64,000 bases of DNA, taken from Orbicella franksi (lineage: Eukaryota). Below the pieces are notes generated by a model that was not told the DNA's origin, searched no databases, and was given only the letters and a program-made list of their open reading frames with translations. The DNA lies in the NCBI GenBank assembly GCA_964199315.1, contig OZ116710.1, positions 17,546,001 through 17,610,000 on the forward strand. Reading direction: 5' to 3'. Below are positions 60,830-64,000 of the stretch, one piece after another; the stretch's first letter is position 1; each line of letters opens with the position of its first letter. The position numbers were made by a program, and so were the translations under genes.

Positions 60830-63702
60830 CTAAGTCTGAGAAGTAAAGAATTCATCGAGTATCGTGTTTTCGTTATCACTCAGTGAACGAAGGATAGTCC
60901 TTGGTTTTAACTCGGCGCTGTACACTTCTTTTTCATTATCGTTGATTTGAGAGATTTTCAGAGATTCGGGAGAGGCTTCAAACAGAGTGAACGCTCCACT
61001 CTCGCCATTGAAAAATCTGAAAATAAGACAAAACGAACGAAGTTTGTGAGCTTTCTAAAGGAACCATTTCTATAAAAAAAATTGTATCAGCCCCTACTGC
61101 TACTTCGAGAGAGTTACGCACGCTCAATTTGAATTCTCGCGCGCGCGTAACAACCAATCAGAAACAGTGCAGAGGTGTTCGTGGTGTTACGTCATTAATA
61201 TTAAGTTGCTGACAGAGACAGAGACAGATTGATAGACCAAACAGATCGACCAGGCAGACAGATGAAACAGACATCACAGAAAGACAGACAGACAAAGCTG
61301 CCACACTGCTGTCTGCTGACGCTGAACAGGGAGACCAAACAAACAGAAAGACTAGACAGACAAATAAACAACACACCAGAAGACATACAGTAAAGAAAGA
61401 CTGTACCGACAGACGAATAAGACAGATCTAGATAGAAAGAGTAACTAGACAGGCCGGACATACCAAACAGAAAGATAGGACTGACAGATAGGCAGACCAA
61501 GCAAACAGAAAGACCAGACAGACAGGCATAAAGACAGGCATAAGGACAGCTCACTCAGACAGACCGACTGACAGACAGCTCAGAGAGACAGGCAGACAGA
61601 CAGCTCAGGCAGGTGGTTAGACAGACAAACAGATTGATTTACAGACAGACAGATAGACAGACAGACAGACAAACAGCCATGCAGACAGATAGAGCTGAGA
61701 TAAACAGACAGACCAAACAGACGACGAGATAAATAGGCACACAGACGAAAAATTGACGACATACGTGCCGGATCTTCTTGTAGGAGAAAACTATGATCAT
61801 ATATTCTTGACTTACTTGAGTGATGTTTGGACTCTATGTCTATGCATTGGGACCGGACTGTAAAAATTGCCATTTCCAGTCACGAAGTAGTGCACGTTAG
61901 AGTGCTCTTCCTTGAGGTGCTGCAAATAACCAGCAGAAACACTCAAGGTATTGGTCTCATATTACTCATACCCGGACGTTCACAATTTACCCGAGAAGTT
62001 AGCAGATATCTTGCTCGGATGGCGGAGGAAGCGCGGGTGGAGGGGGGGGGGGGGGAGAAGTAACTGTGACCTTTAGATGGGAGTAAGAGTACCAGACTGA
62101 GAAAGAGTTTCCCTTTTTAAAACTAGTACCTACGTACGATTTTGATAATCATATTTCCATCCAATCTCCTATCGATAGTCTCTTACAAAACTGGTCAGCA
62201 ACAGAAAAGAGTCAGGGCTCTGAGAAGGTGACTAGATGTGAAATATATCAAACACGAGAGACAGTGTTCCATCCAGATACCCAAACACCGAGATGTGAGT
62301 TGAGACGAAATTCGAGTTGTTTGGACGGCCAATGAAACACTCTCTCGAATGTTTGATATATCTTCTTAATCGAAACAAAAACTAAGGAGTAAGCGAAGAA
62401 GTAAAATCGTCAAAACCTATGCTAATTAAGACCAGGTATCCAAACCTCCTTTACAGTTGTGATTTTCTTTGTTTTAACTTGACGAGTTATTAATGAGTTT
62501 TAGAATGGAATTTGAAACTCCTAATCGATCTCGCACTCATACCGCTATCTAAAAGTCTCTGTTTGATTCTCTTGTAGCCTCACGTTCATAAGATCCTTTA
62601 TTGATTGTCGAGGACTGAACGACCTACTTTCTCTCGCAAGGCGCCGAGAATACATAATTTTCGAAAACATATTCTAAAATACCTCTAGAGGTTCTTCTCT
62701 TTCTCAGTTGAAACGAAAACGCCAAAAAGGCCGATTACCATACGCGCTATTCTCCAGCTTACAATCTCCATGAAAATCGCGCTATGGGTTCTGTTGACAA
62801 CCCAGGAAGAACTTCACAATGATCTGCCTCTTGTCTGTTCAGTTAATTTTGGAAGAATCGTTCCCATTATTCAAAGATTACTTAATTAAAGCGGATTTAT
62901 TTTTTCGGCAAATTGCAAGCGCGCACCGATTGTTCCATCAGATTTTGATTTTTGTCCCAGTGGAGAGTGGATTTTTTAAGTACGCATGCGCGAGGCATCG
63001 AAACGGTTACGCGAGATACACGCTGGACTCAGCAAGCACTGCAGGATGGGAAGCGTTACTCACCTGCAGATTATGATCGTGACCACTCAAGTAAGCCGTG
63101 ACGTCATTCTCTTCCAGCAAGGGCTTGAGTTTAGATTCCAGATATTGAGTGTTGCCATGAACACCGGCTGACAGGACTGGATGGTGACCAGCCACTATGA
63201 GATAGTCAGCGCTGAAACGCAATTAAATATAAGTTAAATGAGCTCTTACTAAAATTTAAAATAAATTAAGTTACTCGAGCACAGCCATGGTCATACGGAG
63301 GATTAAGGTCTACGCTGGACATGTGACACGTGAGACACGTGACACGAGACACGTGAGACTATACTACAGAAGCTCTGTGTGATTGTGGCCGACAAGACTC
63401 ACACTGAATTAGGCCATGCGTTGGACGCGTTGTTAACACGTGTTGTTTTGTTTATGACGTAACTGATTCTATGATCAAGTACACCGCTTGCCTTTTTAAG
63501 TATTTCTTATCCGTTTTTGCCATTGCCCCATATTTTAAAATCTAAGTAACAATTCTCCTTACTGAGAGCCTACATTGTCATTCCTGCCAGTGGTGAGAAC
63601 GTGGTACACGAGCAATAAAATACTCACCTGGAATCTCTGAGCGTCTTTTCTATCCATCTCAGTTGCTCTTGAGGACCGGGCAAATTCTTTAAATGCCTCT
63701 GA
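60830..63702 (-). CDS. ACP5: ACP5/TRAP-like purple acid phosphatase, 3' part. Exons 63628-63702, 63064-63211, 61816-61919, 60830-61016; 5' exons lie beyond the window
   Basis: Spliced reading [27 protein letters not shown]...[30 protein letters not shown]...[13 protein letters not shown]...SQT*. VxGH and GHxH metal ligands are present. All GT-AG junctions are phase-compatible. Confidence 0.9.
61210..61745. repeat. Degenerate (GACA)n-rich low-complexity tract in the last ACP5-like intron
   Basis: Dense AGAC/GACA/AAAC units on the plus strand. Confidence 0.85.
62243..62361. repeat. Inverted-repeat segment of a dispersed repeat; related sequence at ~3975-4080 and ~32785-32885
   Basis: ATATATCAAACACGAGAGACAGTGTT ... 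AACACTCTCTCGAATGTTTGATATAT. Confidence 0.55.
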
Positions 63703-64000
63703 CTAGACAAAAAAAGGGAAATTCAAATGAGCAGTTGAAGGGAGTGCGTCTTAATTTTATTTAACCATTATCAGCTATTACGCTAGCTTGTGAAACCTTT
63801 TCCATGTATGCGCACAGATGGCTGATGTGAAACCAGTGCTGACTTTCATATACAACGTTTGGACTATCTTTCTCGTTTGGCCTCGAGGTTTACACAGTGA
63901 CACTTTTGACAATCGCAAAATAGGAGTCACGTAACCTGGGACGGACTTCATGAGACTGGTCCAGTGGATCAGTCAGTGAAGACTTGCGCCTTGCCATTAA

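Noticed and set aside
61158-61873. Cys/Leu/Ser/Val-rich minus-strand ORFs as membrane proteins
   Set aside because: They are artefacts of the (TGTC)n low-complexity intron. The real exon 61816-61919 is in another frame.

Overview
Eukaryotic, intron-containing, AT-rich genomic DNA, most likely from a scleractinian coral or other anthozoan (inferred from gene types and repeat families, not confirmed). Most of the window is a ~28.8-kb tandem segmental duplication (1-~22950 vs 28836-~53565). Each unit carries a CTHRC1-like secreted short collagen gene (-), a head-to-head pair of two-exon orphan class A GPCRs (type A on -, type B on +), a ~7.1-kb TTAA-flanked DNA-transposon shell with a decayed LINE and MITEs nested inside, and a third GPCR (type C, +). 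All three right-unit GPCRs are intact. In the left unit A1 and C1 are frameshifted, and C1 looks like a C/B-like chimera that may mark the duplication junction. An older B-to-C duplication breakpoint lies 2 nt upstream of the type A start codon, so the copy took the intergenic promoter but not the A coding sequence. The LINE ORF has a 2A/StopGo-like motif (DVSSNPGP) before its endonuclease. The right end holds TE remnants and the last four exons of an ACP5/TRAP-like purple acid phosphatase (-). Exon coordinates were derived by hand from GT-AG sites and frame continuity. Identity figures are by-eye estimates. No database searches were run.
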